DNA from: Pyrinomonadaceae bacterium
GTDB taxonomy: Bacteria; Acidobacteriota; Blastocatellia; Pyrinomonadales; Pyrinomonadaceae
Direction of reading: 5' to 3'
DNA: 64,000 bases
Assembly: GCA_046313635.1 (NCBI GenBank)
Contig: JBKBYA010000002.1
Location: 160,001 to 224,000, forward strand
Shown here: one piece after another, positions 1 through 10,200 of the stretch
How positions within the stretch are numbered: the first letter of the stretch is position 1
How the letters are laid out: each line of letters starts with the position of its first letter
Program-made: the position numbers and the translations under genes
The notes under the pieces: generated by a model
Seen by the model: only the letters and a program-made list of their open reading frames with translations
The model's database searches: none
What the model was told of the DNA's origin: nothing

Positions 1-501
1 GTTGTATGTGTCGGCGACGAAGACGCGGCCTTCTGCATCCGCGGCAACGCCGATCGGGCCGTTGAAGCGAGCTTCGCTCGCGGGCCCGTCGTACGCGCCG
101 CGTACGCCCGGCACGCCCGCGACGACCGTCATGCTGCCGTCGGCCGATATCTTCCTGATGCAATGCGCGCCGGTCTCGGCGACGACGAGGTCGCCATTCT
201 GATAGAGAGCGATCGCCGACGGCGTGCGGAGATCTTCGGCAAGTGTCTGCATCGCGCCGTCGCGGTCGATCTTGACGACTCGGCCCCGCTCGCCGTCCGA
301 GACAAAGATCTCGCCGTCTCGATACGCTATGCCGAAGGGCTCGCCAAACTCGCGCTTGAAGCCAGCGAGCGTCGTCGTCGAGCCGAGCATATTCGGCGTT
401 TCGGCTTCGGGCGTAAAGAGACGGCCGCACCCCGACATCGACAGGGCGATCGCGGCGAGCAGGTGAACGGTAAGAATGCGTCTGCGCAAATTAGAAGGCA
501 T
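1..501 (-). CDS. NHL-repeat beta-propeller lipoprotein (5' part; runs off window start)
   Basis: Not in the ORF track. Hand translation from ATG at 501: MPSNLRRRILTVHLLAAIALSMSGCGR (lipobox-like MSGC), then FGEPFGIA, TPSAIA and ASEARFNGPIGVAADAEGRVFVADTYN, typical NHL repeats. Confidence 0.85.
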   Translation of the reverse strand, partial: MPSNLRRRILTVHLLAAIALSMSGCGRLFTPEAETPNMLGSTTTLAGFKREFGEPFGIAYRDGEIFVSDGERGRVVKIDRDGAMQTLAEDLRTPSAIALYQNGDLVVAETGAHCIRKISADGSMTVVAGVPGVRGAYDGPASEARFNGPIGVAADAEGRVFVADTYN

Positions 502-618
502 CAGGCGGCACGGATCGGCGCGTGCGACCCAGCTAGGATAATCGGGCGACCGCACTTCAAACAATCGAGTCGGGCCCGAGACGGCTCTACCGCCGATGGG
601 CGCGGCCATCGTCCGCGT

Positions 619-647
619 TTGACCTTTGGCCTGGCCGTACCTAAACT
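619..647 (+). promoter_or_regulatory. sigma70-type promoter of the metH leader
   Basis: TTGACC (619-624), 17 bp, TAAACT (642-647); would start transcription just before the aptamer. Confidence 0.7.
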
Positions 648-657
648 TTTAACTTCG

Positions 658-706
658 ACGTGGTGAGTTATTGCGACTTGCGGCCACGTAAAATAAGCGG
701 CTAAAC
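658..706 (+). ncRNA. SAM-II (SAM-alpha-like) riboswitch aptamer
   Basis: ACGUGG(658-663)-UGAGUUAUUGCGACUUGCGG-CCACGU(684-689)-AAAAUAAGCGGCUAAA matches the SAM-II pattern GUGGUGA..UUGC..CCACGU.AAA..GCUAAA; lies upstream of metH. Confidence 0.8.
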
Positions 707-734
707 AGCTACGAGTTTTAATTCAGATCGCGCG

Positions 735-774
735 TCAAAAAAACTCTGTGCTGTTTTTGCACAGGGTTTTTTGA
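735..774 (+). terminator. intrinsic terminator in the metH leader
   Basis: AAAAAACTCTGTGC / GCACAGGGTTTTTT hairpin with a U tract, 100 bp before the metH ATG. Confidence 0.8.
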
Positions 775-786
775 TTTTGGGATATT

Positions 787-863
787 GATCGTTGTTCGTT
801 GATCGTGGTTCGTTGCCATTTGAACCGAGTCATCCGACGAGCAACGAACCACGAACAACGAGC
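787..863. repeat. inverted heptamer tandem array
   Basis: gatcgtt/gttcgtt/gatcgtg/gttcgtt versus gacgagc/aacgaac/cacgaac/aacgagc; 796-816 pairs with 841-861 at 20 of 21 positions. Confidence 0.85.
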
Positions 864-874
864 GAAATACACCG

Positions 875-3800
875 ATGCCAAATTTTTTAGACCTGCTGAG
901 AGACAAGATCGTCGTCTTCGACGGTGCGATGGGCAGCAATCTGCAGGCTTTGAACCTGACGATCGACGATTGGGGCGGGCCGGCTTTTGAGAACTGCTCG
1001 GAGAATCTGCTCTACACGCGGCCGGACGCGATCCGCGCCGTGCATCAGAGCTTTCTCGAGGTCGGCTGCGACGTGATCGAGACAAACAGTTTCGGCGGGA
1101 GCGAGGTCGTGCTCGCCGAATTCGGCATCGCCGACAAGGCGTACGACGTCAACCGCAGGGCAGCGGCGCTCGCAAAGGAGCTGGCGAGCGATTATTCGAC
1201 GCCGGACAAGCCGCGCTTCGTGGCCGGCTCGATCGGGCCGGGAACGAAGCTGCCGACGCTCGGCCACATCACGTACCGCGACTTGAAGGCCGCGTATCGC
1301 GAGCAGGTCCGCGGGCTGTACGACGGCGGCTCGGACCTCTTTATCGTCGAGACGTGCCAGGACCTTTTGCAGACAAAGGCCGCGCTCGCGGCGATCTTTG
1401 AGTTTTTTGAAAAGCAGAAGGTCCGCATTCCCGTGATCGCGCAGGTGACGATCGAGGTCTTTGGGACGATGCTCAACGGTACAGAGATCGGCGCCGCGCT
1501 CACCGCCCTCGAGCCGTTCCCGATAGACGTCATCGGCATGAACTGCGGCACAGGGCCGCGTCATATGACCGACAGCTTCCGCTACCTCTGCGAAAATTCG
1601 CCGCTGCCCGTTTCGGTTCTGCCAAACGCGGGCCTGCCGGAGATCAAAGACGGCCGGCAGCACTACGACGAGACGCCCGAGAGCTTTGCGGCGCAGGTCG
1701 AACATTTTGCAAAGGAATTTGGCGCGAATATCGTCGGCGGCTGCTGCGGCACTTCGCCCGAGCACATTCGCCTCGTCGTCGAACGTGTCGGCGGAATGTC
1801 GCCGAAGCAGCGAAACGCAAAGCTGGCTCCGTCTGCATCGTCGATCTACTTTCAGCAGCCGTACACGCAGGACGCTTCGTTCCTGATCGTCGGCGAGCGC
1901 GTCAACGCTTCGGGTTCGAAGAAGATGCGCGACCTGCTCGAGGCCGAGGATTGGGACGGACTCGTATCGCTCGCCAAGTCGCAGGAGCGCGAGGGCGCGC
2001 ACATCCTCGATGTCAACGTCGATTTTGTCGGCCGCGACGGCGTCGCCGATATGCACGAGCTGGCCTCGCGGCTTGTGACAAACGTCAAGATTCCTCTGAT
2101 GTTTGACTCGACCGAGTGGGAAAAGATGGAAGCCGGCCTCGAACACGCGGGCGGCAAATCCATTCTCAACTCGACAAACTACGAGGACGGCGAGCCGCGA
2201 TTCCTCAAGGTGCTCTCGCTCGCCAAAGAGTACGGCGCGGCGGTCGTCATCGGACTCATCGACGAAGAGGGAATGGCCCGCACGGCCGAGAAAAAGGTCG
2301 AGATCGCGCGTCGCGCGTTCAGGCAGGCGACCGAATTCGGCATCCCGGCGCACGACATCTTCTTTGATCCGCTTGCGCTGCCGATCTCGACCGGCATCGA
2401 AGAGGACCGCCGGAACGCCGTCGAAACGATCGACGCCATTCGACAGATCCGCGCCGAGATGCCGGAGTCGAACATCATCCTCGGCGTGTCGAATATCTCC
2501 TTCGGTCTCTCGCCGGCGGCCCGCGTCGTACTGAATTCAGTTTTCCTGCACGACTGCGTCGAGGCGGGAATGAACTCGGCGATCGTCAACGCTTCGAAGA
2601 TACTGCCGCTCGTCCGCTTTAACGAGCACGAGATCGACACGGCCCGCGATCTCATCTACGACCGGCGAAAGTGGAACACGGACGCCCTCGTCCGCAGTGA
2701 GGGCGAAGCCCGAACACCGGTGCCGGAGAATGCGCCGGACAATTCTCCGCCGAGCATTCTCGGCGAAGCGACACTCAAGGCGGACGGGGGCGTCCGCGTT
2801 CCGGCGATCTGCACATACGATCCGCTTGCAGAGTTTACAAAGCTCTTCGAAGGCAAGACCGCTCAGTCGATGAAGCAGGACATCTCAAACCTGCCCGTCG
2901 AAGAAAAGCTCAAACGCCACATCATCGACGGCGAAAAGATCGGCCTCGACGACGCGCTCAAGCTCGCGCTCGAAAAGTACGCTCCGCTCGACATCATCAA
3001 CAACATCCTGCTCGACGGTATGAAGGTCGTCGGCGACCTCTTTGGCTCGGGCCAGATGCAGCTGCCATTCGTGCTGCAGTCGGCCGAGGCGATGAAGTCG
3101 GCGGTGAAATTCCTCGAGCCTTTTATGGAAAAGGTCGAGGGCGTCAACAAGGGCACGATGGTGCTCGCGACCGTCAAGGGTGACGTGCACGACATCGGTA
3201 AGAATCTCGTCGACATCATTCTTACGAACAACGGCTACAAGGTCGTCAACCTCGGCATCAAGCAGCCGATCGACGACATCCTCCGCGCTTGGGAGGAGAC
3301 CAAGGCCGACGCGATCGGAATGAGCGGCCTGCTCGTCAAATCAACGCTCATCATGCGTGACAATCTCGAGCTGATGAACGAGCGCGGCATCAACGTGCCT
3401 GTCATCCTCGGCGGCGCGGCGCTCAACCGCAAGTACGTCGACAGCGACCTGATACCGCTCTACAACGGCAAGCTCTACTACGCCCGCGACGCCTTTGACG
3501 GTCTGCACGCGATGGACGAGTTGACGAGTCGGGAGTCTGTCGAGTCGAGAGAGTCTATCGAGTCAAAGGCAAGGTCGGCCGCGGCGGGAAATGGAGATCC
3601 GCGATCCGAAATCCGCAATCCGCAATCGGATGAAGATCTGGTCGGTGAAGATGCGAAGCTCGGCACGATCGCCGCGCGCGTTTCGGCGCGCTCGAAAGCC
3701 GACACGACGCACACGACGCGGTCCGACGTGTCGACCGACGTCGCGATCCCGAAGGCGCCTTTCTACGGGTCGAAGGTCGTCGAGATCACAGACCTGACAA

Positions 3801-4576
3801 AGGTCTTCGCATTCGTCAACGAAACGGCGCTTTTCAAGGGCCAGTGGCAGTACAAGCAGGGCAAGCGGACTGCCGAGGAGTACAAAAAGATCGTCGACGA
3901 AGAAGTGCGTCCGCGATACGAGCGGCTCAAGGCCGAGGCGATCCGCGACCGGCTGCTCGAGGCCAAGCTCGTGTACGGTTATTTCCCGTGCAATTCGGAC
4001 GGCAATGACCTGATCATCTGGGAGGACGATCTCAAGACCGAGAGACTGAGATTTACCTTCCCTCGGCAGCCGCGAGAGCAGCGCGGAAGCAAGAATCTAT
4101 GCCTGGCGGATTTCTTTAGATCGGTGAAGCGCCCGCCCGCTGACGCAGGCGGTTCTGACAATGTCGACGTCGTCGCATTCCAGCTCGTGACGATGGGCCG
4201 GCGGGCGAGCCAGCATTCGGCAAAGCTCTTCAAGTCGGACAACTACACCGACTACCTTTTGTTTCACGGCCTGTCGGTCGAGTCGGCCGAGGCATTGGCC
4301 GAGATGTGGCACAAGCGCATTCGCGAGGAGCTCGGCATCGCAGGCGGCGACGCACCCGAATTGACCAAGCTGTTTCACCAGGGCTATCAGGGTTCGCGAT
4401 TCAGCTTTGGCTACCCGGCATGCCCGCGTCTCGAGGACCAGACCAAGATCTTTGAGCTGCTGCGGCCCGAGCGGATCGACGTCGAGCTGACCGAGGAATT
4501 TCAGCTCGACCCCGAGCAGTCGACCTCGGCGATAATCGTGCACCATCCGGAGGCGAAGTACTTCAACATCGAGTAG
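875..4576 (+). CDS. metH: cobalamin-dependent methionine synthase
   Basis: FDGAMGS, GMNC, GGCCGT, VGERVN, GDVHDIGKNLV (B12 motif), RFSFGYPACP. Confidence 0.97.
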   Translation: MPNFLDLLRDKIVVFDGAMGSNLQALNLTIDDWGGPAFENCSENLLYTRPDAIRAVHQSFLEVGCDVIETNSFGGSEVVLAEFGIADKAYDVNRRAAALAKELASDYSTPDKPRFVAGSIGPGTKLPTLGHITYRDLKAAYREQVRGLYDGGSDLFIVETCQDLLQTKAALAAIFEFFEKQKVRIPVIAQVTIEVFGTMLNGTEIGAALTALEPFPIDVIGMNCGTGPRHMTDSFRYLCENSPLPVSVLPNAGLPEIKDGRQHYDETPESFAAQVEHFAKEFGANIVGGCCGTSPEHIRLVVERVGGMSPKQRNAKLAPSASSIYFQQPYTQDASFLIVGERVNASGSKKMRDLLEAEDWDGLVSLAKSQEREGAHILDVNVDFVGRDGVADMHELASRLVTNVKIPLMFDSTEWEKMEAGLEHAGGKSILNSTNYEDGEPRFLKVLSLAKEYGAAVVIGLIDEEGMARTAEKKVEIARRAFRQATEFGIPAHDIFFDPLALPISTGIEEDRRNAVETIDAIRQIRAEMPESNIILGVSNISFGLSPAARVVLNSVFLHDCVEAGMNSAIVNASKILPLVRFNEHEIDTARDLIYDRRKWNTDALVRSEGEARTPVPENAPDNSPPSILGEATLKADGGVRVPAICTYDPLAEFTKLFEGKTAQSMKQDISNLPVEEKLKRHIIDGEKIGLDDALKLALEKYAPLDIINNILLDGMKVVGDLFGSGQMQLPFVLQSAEAMKSAVKFLEPFMEKVEGVNKGTMVLATVKGDVHDIGKNLVDIILTNNGYKVVNLGIKQPIDDILRAWEETKADAIGMSGLLVKSTLIMRDNLELMNERGINVPVILGGAALNRKYVDSDLIPLYNGKLYYARDAFDGLHAMDELTSRESVESRESIESKARSAAAGNGDPRSEIRNPQSDEDLVGEDAKLGTIAARVSARSKADTTHTTRSDVSTDVAIPKAPFYGSKVVEITDLTKVFAFVNETALFKGQWQYKQGKRTAEEYKKIVDEEVRPRYERLKAEAIRDRLLEAKLVYGYFPCNSDGNDLIIWEDDLKTERLRFTFPRQPREQRGSKNLCLADFFRSVKRPPADAGGSDNVDVVAFQLVTMGRRASQHSAKLFKSDNYTDYLLFHGLSVESAEALAEMWHKRIREELGIAGGDAPELTKLFHQGYQGSRFSFGYPACPRLEDQTKIFELLRPERIDVELTEEFQLDPEQSTSAIIVHHPEAKYFNIE
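2673..2802. repeat. REP doublet (REPIN-like) inserted in frame in metH
   Basis: 23-bp inverted arms GGAACACGGACGCCCTCGTCCGC (2673-2695) and GCGGACGGGGGCGTCCGCGTTCC (2780-2802), 2 mismatches; each arm is itself a hairpin. Confidence 0.8.
3526..3628. repeat. 9-mer and 7-mer tandem repeats inside the metH linker
   Basis: GAGTC recurring with roughly 9-bp period (encoding SRESVESRESIES), then atccgcg atccgaa atccgca atccgca (encoding DPRSEIRNPQS). Confidence 0.75.
4133..4159 (-). repeat. single REP palindrome in frame in metH
   Basis: Reverse complement GTCAGAACCGCCTGCGTCAGCGGGCGG has the same CAGAA-stem-GCGTnAGC-stem layout as the transposase arms and 52285-52313. Confidence 0.7.
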
Positions 4577-4626
4577 CAAATTCGAACGGATCGCGCCGCC
4601 GGTGGTAACATTTGTTTTCCGGTGCT

Positions 4627-5520
4627 ATGCCAGAAGGTATCGTCGAGACCACAAACAACGAAATAACAGGCCGCGAAGAGAAGGCTCTTGTTCCCAGCGA
4701 TCAGGAGCTTTCTCTGCTCACGGCGACCGAGCGTGCGGGCTTTCGGCTTGCGCACCGGATGAATCTCGGCGCTTGGAAGAGGTTTTGGACATTCTGCCAG
4801 CGGCACATCGGCTCGCTCTGGATCTATCTCGCGACGTACAACCTGATGAACGTCTATGGGCTCGAGCACATCGAGCGGACCGACGTGTCGCGCCCGCTGC
4901 TGCTCGTCGCGAATCACCGCTCGTTCTTTGATATGTACACGGTGTCGTCGGTGCTCTTTCGTCGGACGCGGCGGCCGATGGAGCTGTACTTTCCGGTGCG
5001 TGCAAAGTTCTTTTACGACCGGCCGCTCGGGTGGTTCGTCAACTTCGTCATGGGCTGGTTCTCGATGTACCCGCCGTTCTTTCGCGAGGCGAAAGAGGCG
5101 CAGAAGCGTGAATTCGACAAGTACTCGCTCAGCCGTTTGATCCAGCTCTGCTCGGTCGGGCGTGCCCACATTGTCGGCTTTCATCCCGAAGGCAAGCGCA
5201 ACCTCAACAGCGACCCGTACTCTTTTCTCCCGGCGCAGCCCGGCATCGGCAAGATCGTCATGGCCGCCCGACCGCAGGTCGTGCCCGTCTTTATCGCAGG
5301 GCTCGGCAACGATCTGGTAAAGCAGGTGCTCGGCAACTGGCGCGGCGGCGAGCAGATCCGCATCCGATTTGGCGAGCCGCTCGACCTGACCGAATTTTAC
5401 GAGCGCGGCGACCGGCTGAGGACGCACAAGGAGATCGCAGACTTCCTGATGACGAAGATCGCCGAGCTGGCCGAAGAGGACCGCCGAGAATTTGCCGATC
5501 AGGCGTCCCCGACCTCATAA
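4627..5520 (+). CDS. lysophospholipid acyltransferase (PlsC-like)
   Basis: NHRSFFD (HX4D) and FHPEGKR motifs. Confidence 0.88.
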   Translation: MPEGIVETTNNEITGREEKALVPSDQELSLLTATERAGFRLAHRMNLGAWKRFWTFCQRHIGSLWIYLATYNLMNVYGLEHIERTDVSRPLLLVANHRSFFDMYTVSSVLFRRTRRPMELYFPVRAKFFYDRPLGWFVNFVMGWFSMYPPFFREAKEAQKREFDKYSLSRLIQLCSVGRAHIVGFHPEGKRNLNSDPYSFLPAQPGIGKIVMAARPQVVPVFIAGLGNDLVKQVLGNWRGGEQIRIRFGEPLDLTEFYERGDRLRTHKEIADFLMTKIAELAEEDRREFADQASPTS

Positions 5521-5575
5521 CCCGTTGGCACGTCACACTTGTCAGCCCCGCCGCCCGATCCCATACTGAAAAAAC

Positions 5576-7234
5576 GTGGAAGGAAACGCTGAATCGATCG
5601 CAGACGACGCATCGCGCCCGGCGCTGCAGATGTCCAGCGCACGCCGCTGGGCCGTGACGGCGGGCGTGATGACGGGAATGTTCATCGCTGCGCTCGAGGC
5701 AACTGTGGTCGGCACGGCGATGCCCACGGTGATCGCGACGCTCGGCGGCATCAGTCATTACAGCTGGGTATTCTCGGCCTACATCGTCACATCAACCGTG
5801 ACCGTGCCCGTCTGGGGCAAGCTGTCGGACATCTACGGCAGGCGGCTGATGTACCAGGTCGGGATCGGCGTCTTTCTGCTCGGCACGCTGCTGTCCGGAA
5901 TGTCGACGTCGATGACGCGGCTGATCGTCTTTCGCGCCATTCAAGGCCTCGGTGCCGGAGCTCTGGTGCCGCTTGGAATGACGATCATCGGCGATACCTT
6001 CACGGTGCAGGAGCGAGCGAAGATGCAGGCGTACTTCAGCAGCGTCTGGGGGTTTTCGAGCGTGATCGGGCCGGTGATCGGCGGATTTCTGACCGACCAG
6101 CTGTCGTGGCGATGGGTGTTTTTTATCAACCTGCCGGTCGGCGTCGTGGCCGCGATCATCATCGGTCTCGCGCTCAAGGAGCCGGCGCGGCACGAGAAGC
6201 CCGCGATCGATTATGCCGGAGCGGGACTGCTGATGCTGGCGATCAGTCTGCTGATGCTGGCGATGGTCGAGGGCGGCACCTCGCTCGCGGCGCTCGTCTC
6301 GCCGCGGAGCCTCGTACTCTTTGCCGCGGGGTTTGTCTTGCTCGGCATCTTTGCGTGGGTCGAGACGCGGGCCACAGACCCGATCATTCCGTTCCAGATG
6401 TTTCGCAACCGCACGGTCGCGGTGTCGGTCGGGGCGGGATTTCTCGCGGGTGTGGCGATGTTCGGCGCGATCTCGTTCATTCCGCTGTTTGCGCAGGGCT
6501 CGCTGGGAATGTCGGCGACCGAGGCCGGCTCGCTGCTGACGCCGCTCATGCTGAGCTGGGTCGCGATGTCGGTCGTCGGCGGCCGGCTGCTGCTGCGAAC
6601 GTCGTATCGCAGAGTGACGATCGCCGGGTTTGTGCTGCTAACGATCGGTTTCATTCTGCTCGCGAGCTTTGGCCGGCAAACACCGCGGATCTGGCTTTAT
6701 GTCGAGCTGGCGATGATCGGCGCCGGGCTGGGCTTTACGATGCTGACTCTTTTGATCGCGGTGCAGCAGGCGGTCGAGCGTTCGCAGTTGGGCATCGCGA
6801 CGGCGCTGAATCAATTCTCTCGCGCGATCGGCGGAGCGTTCGGCGTGGCGGTGATGGGTGTCGCTCTGACGGCCGGGCTGGCGACCCGGCTCGCTGAGGC
6901 CGCGCATCTGCCGGGCAGCCGATTCACGCCTGCACAGGCCGAAGAGTTCGCTTCAAACCCAAACGCCCTTATCGAGCCGTCGGCGAAGGCCAGTCTCGAT
7001 CCTCAAACGCTCGACGTGCTGCAGGAAGCGATGGCCGAGGCGATCCATCCGGTCTTCTGGGTCGGCGCCGCGGTATCGGTCCTCGCACTGCTCGTCGCGA
7101 TGCTGCTGCCCGCCGCGCGGACCGGCGATCTGCAGTCGCCGCACCGCACCGACGGCGGCGTCGGCGAGAGAATGCTGATGGCCGAGCATACGACGATCGA
7201 CCCCGACAACGAGCCATCAAGCCGTGGCGGTTGA
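5576..7234 (+). CDS. MFS drug:H+ antiporter, DHA2/EmrB-QacA type
   Basis: ALEATVVGTAMP, WGKLSDIYGRR, FRAIQGLGAG, WRWVFFINLPVG; many hydrophobic segments. Confidence 0.93.
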   Translation: MEGNAESIADDASRPALQMSSARRWAVTAGVMTGMFIAALEATVVGTAMPTVIATLGGISHYSWVFSAYIVTSTVTVPVWGKLSDIYGRRLMYQVGIGVFLLGTLLSGMSTSMTRLIVFRAIQGLGAGALVPLGMTIIGDTFTVQERAKMQAYFSSVWGFSSVIGPVIGGFLTDQLSWRWVFFINLPVGVVAAIIIGLALKEPARHEKPAIDYAGAGLLMLAISLLMLAMVEGGTSLAALVSPRSLVLFAAGFVLLGIFAWVETRATDPIIPFQMFRNRTVAVSVGAGFLAGVAMFGAISFIPLFAQGSLGMSATEAGSLLTPLMLSWVAMSVVGGRLLLRTSYRRVTIAGFVLLTIGFILLASFGRQTPRIWLYVELAMIGAGLGFTMLTLLIAVQQAVERSQLGIATALNQFSRAIGGAFGVAVMGVALTAGLATRLAEAAHLPGSRFTPAQAEEFASNPNALIEPSAKASLDPQTLDVLQEAMAEAIHPVFWVGAAVSVLALLVAMLLPAARTGDLQSPHRTDGGVGERMLMAEHTTIDPDNEPSSRGG

Positions 7235-7238
7235 CCGT

Positions 7239-10200
7239 TCAGGGCTTGTAAAAGTCAAAGCTCGGCACCTCGCCGCGTCTGATCTGGTCCTGCCATTTCC
7301 TGAGAGCTTTGACCTGATCGGCGTACAGCTCCTTTTCGTTGCGCAGATTCCAAAGTTCGCCGCACAACTTGAGGTACTCGAGAACGGCGTCCTTTTCGCC
7401 GGCGGCGAGCAGCTCGCGGGCGAGCGCGGTGTCGATCTCGGGCAGCCAGCTCGTCGCCTTTCTGAGCGGTGCGCGGATCGCGATCAGCAGATGCTCGGCG
7501 GCCTTTTTTCGATCGTTCTGCCGGAGCGCGGCCCTGCCGAGAACGATATTGCCGATGTGGGCGGCGCTGTCGTAGTTTGCCGAGCGAGCGTCCTGGCCAT
7601 GGTCGAGGACAAGTTCGGTCGCGAGCTTTACGGCGAGATCGTTCTCGCCGAGCTCGAGTGCCGAGCGTGAGATCGTTTCGAGCAGCCTGGCGCGAAGCTC
7701 GTCGCGCTCGTCGGACCGCTCGGTCTTGAGCAGCTCGAGCGCCTTTTGGCCGTAGCGAAGATTCTTCGCAAGCCGCTCCCTTCGGGCCGCGTCGGGCTCG
7801 CTCGCATCCTTGCGCGTCTCGAACATCTTCGACAGTTCGAGCGGGAAGAGATACTGCGACGGATCGAGCGCGATCCCGTCGGTAAGTATCTTTTCGGCGG
7901 CCGCGGGGTCGTGATCCTTGACGAACTCAAACGCGTTGAGCCGCACGTGCGGATCGGCGACGTTGTTTTCGACGGCAGCCGTCCAGATCGGAAGAAGCGT
8001 CTTGAACTCGGCCGCGGTCGGTCTAAAGTTCGAATTGACGCCGAATATGTCGAACGCGCTCATCTCCGGCCGGTTCTCGACGAACCAGACGTAATGCCGC
8101 AGCCGCGCTGCGGCGCGCTTTGGCGTGTCGCGATATTTGTAAGAGCTGTAGTGGCGGATGAGGTCGCGTCTTGCCTCGAGGTCGTTCGGGCTGGCCGCGA
8201 GCGAACTCTCGAGACGCGTCACCTGGGCGGGCGAGAGCGTCTTTTCGGCGAACCGCTCCATCATCCGCGCCTGCAGGCTTTTCTCGTCGGTCTTCGGCGC
8301 AGGAGCATTTGACGACGTCCGCAGACTCGAGACGACGCGGGCTGTCGCCGCCGGAGCGATGTAATCGACGGTGATGTTGTAATTCTCGACGAGCCGGGCG
8401 ATGAGGTCCTTAAGCAAAGGATACTCGGCGGCGGTGACGACATCGCGGTTGACGACGAGCTCGCGGCTCGCCTTTGCCTTGCCGCCCTCGAGCCTTATCT
8501 CACGCCGGTAGAGACCGACCGAATTTTTGACTTCGAAGACAGGTGCCGACGGCTCTCGGGGCTCGACGCCGTCGGGCAGGGTTATCGTAAAGTCCTCGCG
8601 AAACCGCATCGCGCCGATCGGAATGTCGGTGCGGCGCGAGTCGGCCTTGGTCAGGATCTCGAGCGCCAGCGGATTGTTGAGGTTCAGAGCCGCGGGCAAA
8701 GTGAACGAGCCCGCCCGTCCGATCGTCGTGACGTCGCGGAGCTCGACCTCGAGATCCACCATAAAGGGCTCGCCCACCTTAAAGGGATCGGCCACGCTGA
8801 CGATGCGTCCCGTGCCGTTCTGTCCAAAGTAGGAGAGCATCGTCGCGACAAAGACATCCGACGATCGCTTGATCGACGAGTCGCTGAACATCGGACGAAA
8901 AAGGATCTCGGTCTTGCCGACGTAGCGGTTTCGAACGGCGGCCTTGACCGCGCCGTCGGCGGTCAGCGTCACGTCGGTCGTGCTTACGAGCTGGCTCTCG
9001 TCCGGACGGTCGCCCGGCGTCTGCGCGATCCAGACCTTTTTGCCTGTGACGAGTGCCTTTTTGCCTGCGATCGATTGCGGGATCAGGCCGAGGCGCGTAT
9101 TTGCGGCGGTCGCGTCGGCATAGAGATCGAGGCTCGGGATATAGAGCACGGCGTGATTGAAGTACGACGAGACCGGCACCGACGGGAACCAGCGCGACAG
9201 GTCAGAGCGGATCAGAACGGGACCGCTCTCGATGTATTTGGCGCGCAGCAGCGCGTAGAGCAGCGTCGAATAATCCTTGCAGTCGCCGTAGCGATCCGCG
9301 AGTATCTCGGTCGTACTGCGGGGAACCCAGCCGCCGCGGTCGAGCACGATCGAGAGGTAGCGGATGTTCTTGTTGACCCAGAGATAAATGTCGTAGGCCT
9401 GCTGCTCGGGCGTCTTCGCGTTCTTGGTGATCTCGTCGGCGAGAGCCTGCACTTCGGGCGTCACCGCGGCCTTTCGCTCGAGCTCGTTCCAGAAGGCCGC
9501 GCCCAGCTCGTCAAAACTTTTGAAGGTCGTCAAAGCGAGCCGCGGGCTCGGTGTAAGGTGGTCGAGAAAGATCTCTTCGATAGGTAGTGCCTTAAGGTCT
9601 TTCAGCGTCCATCGCCAGCGAGAGCGGCCGGCGCCGGCAGTGTCGGGCAGCTTGCCGCCCTCGAGTCCGATCGCCTCGAACTGAAGCGGGAGATCGGTCG
9701 GTGCTGTCAGATCGATCACGACATTCTTCCAGCCGAAGGCGGCGGGGAAGTACATCAGGTCGTCAAACTTGCCGTCGAAGTATGTCTTTTTCGACACGCG
9801 GCGGACCTTTATATGCAGCGCGTCGCCGATCTCGACGCCGCTCGGCGTGACCTCGGCGACCATCAGCGACGAAAAGCCGGGAGCGGCCTCGGCCTGCGCG
9901 GTCCTGTGCACGCGTGCGGACTCGGGAGCCACCGCCCGCCGCGACCCGTCAGGCTTGACGATGTAAACCTCCGAGAGCGTCAGCTCGTCAAGACTGCTGT
10001 TGAATTCCTGCTCGAAGCGCGCGAATGCCTCGACAGCCATCGCCGATTCAAACCGCTGCGTGAATTCGATCGTTCTTGTCGAAGTGCCGTCCGCGTTCAC
10101 GTCGATCGCGACGACATAATTGTCGAATGTGACGCCCGCCGTCAGCGGCTCGGCCTTGGCGGCCGGGGCCGTGCCGGTGATCGAAACGATCTTTTTGGGC

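Noticed and set aside
887..2353. Long antisense ORFs (also 19461-20849, 27335-28564, 39810-41000, 47195-48517)
   Set aside because: They shadow well-supported genes; this is expected in high-GC DNA.
5526..5545. sigma54 promoter at TGGCACG before the MFS gene
   Set aside because: No GC at the -12 position with the right spacing.
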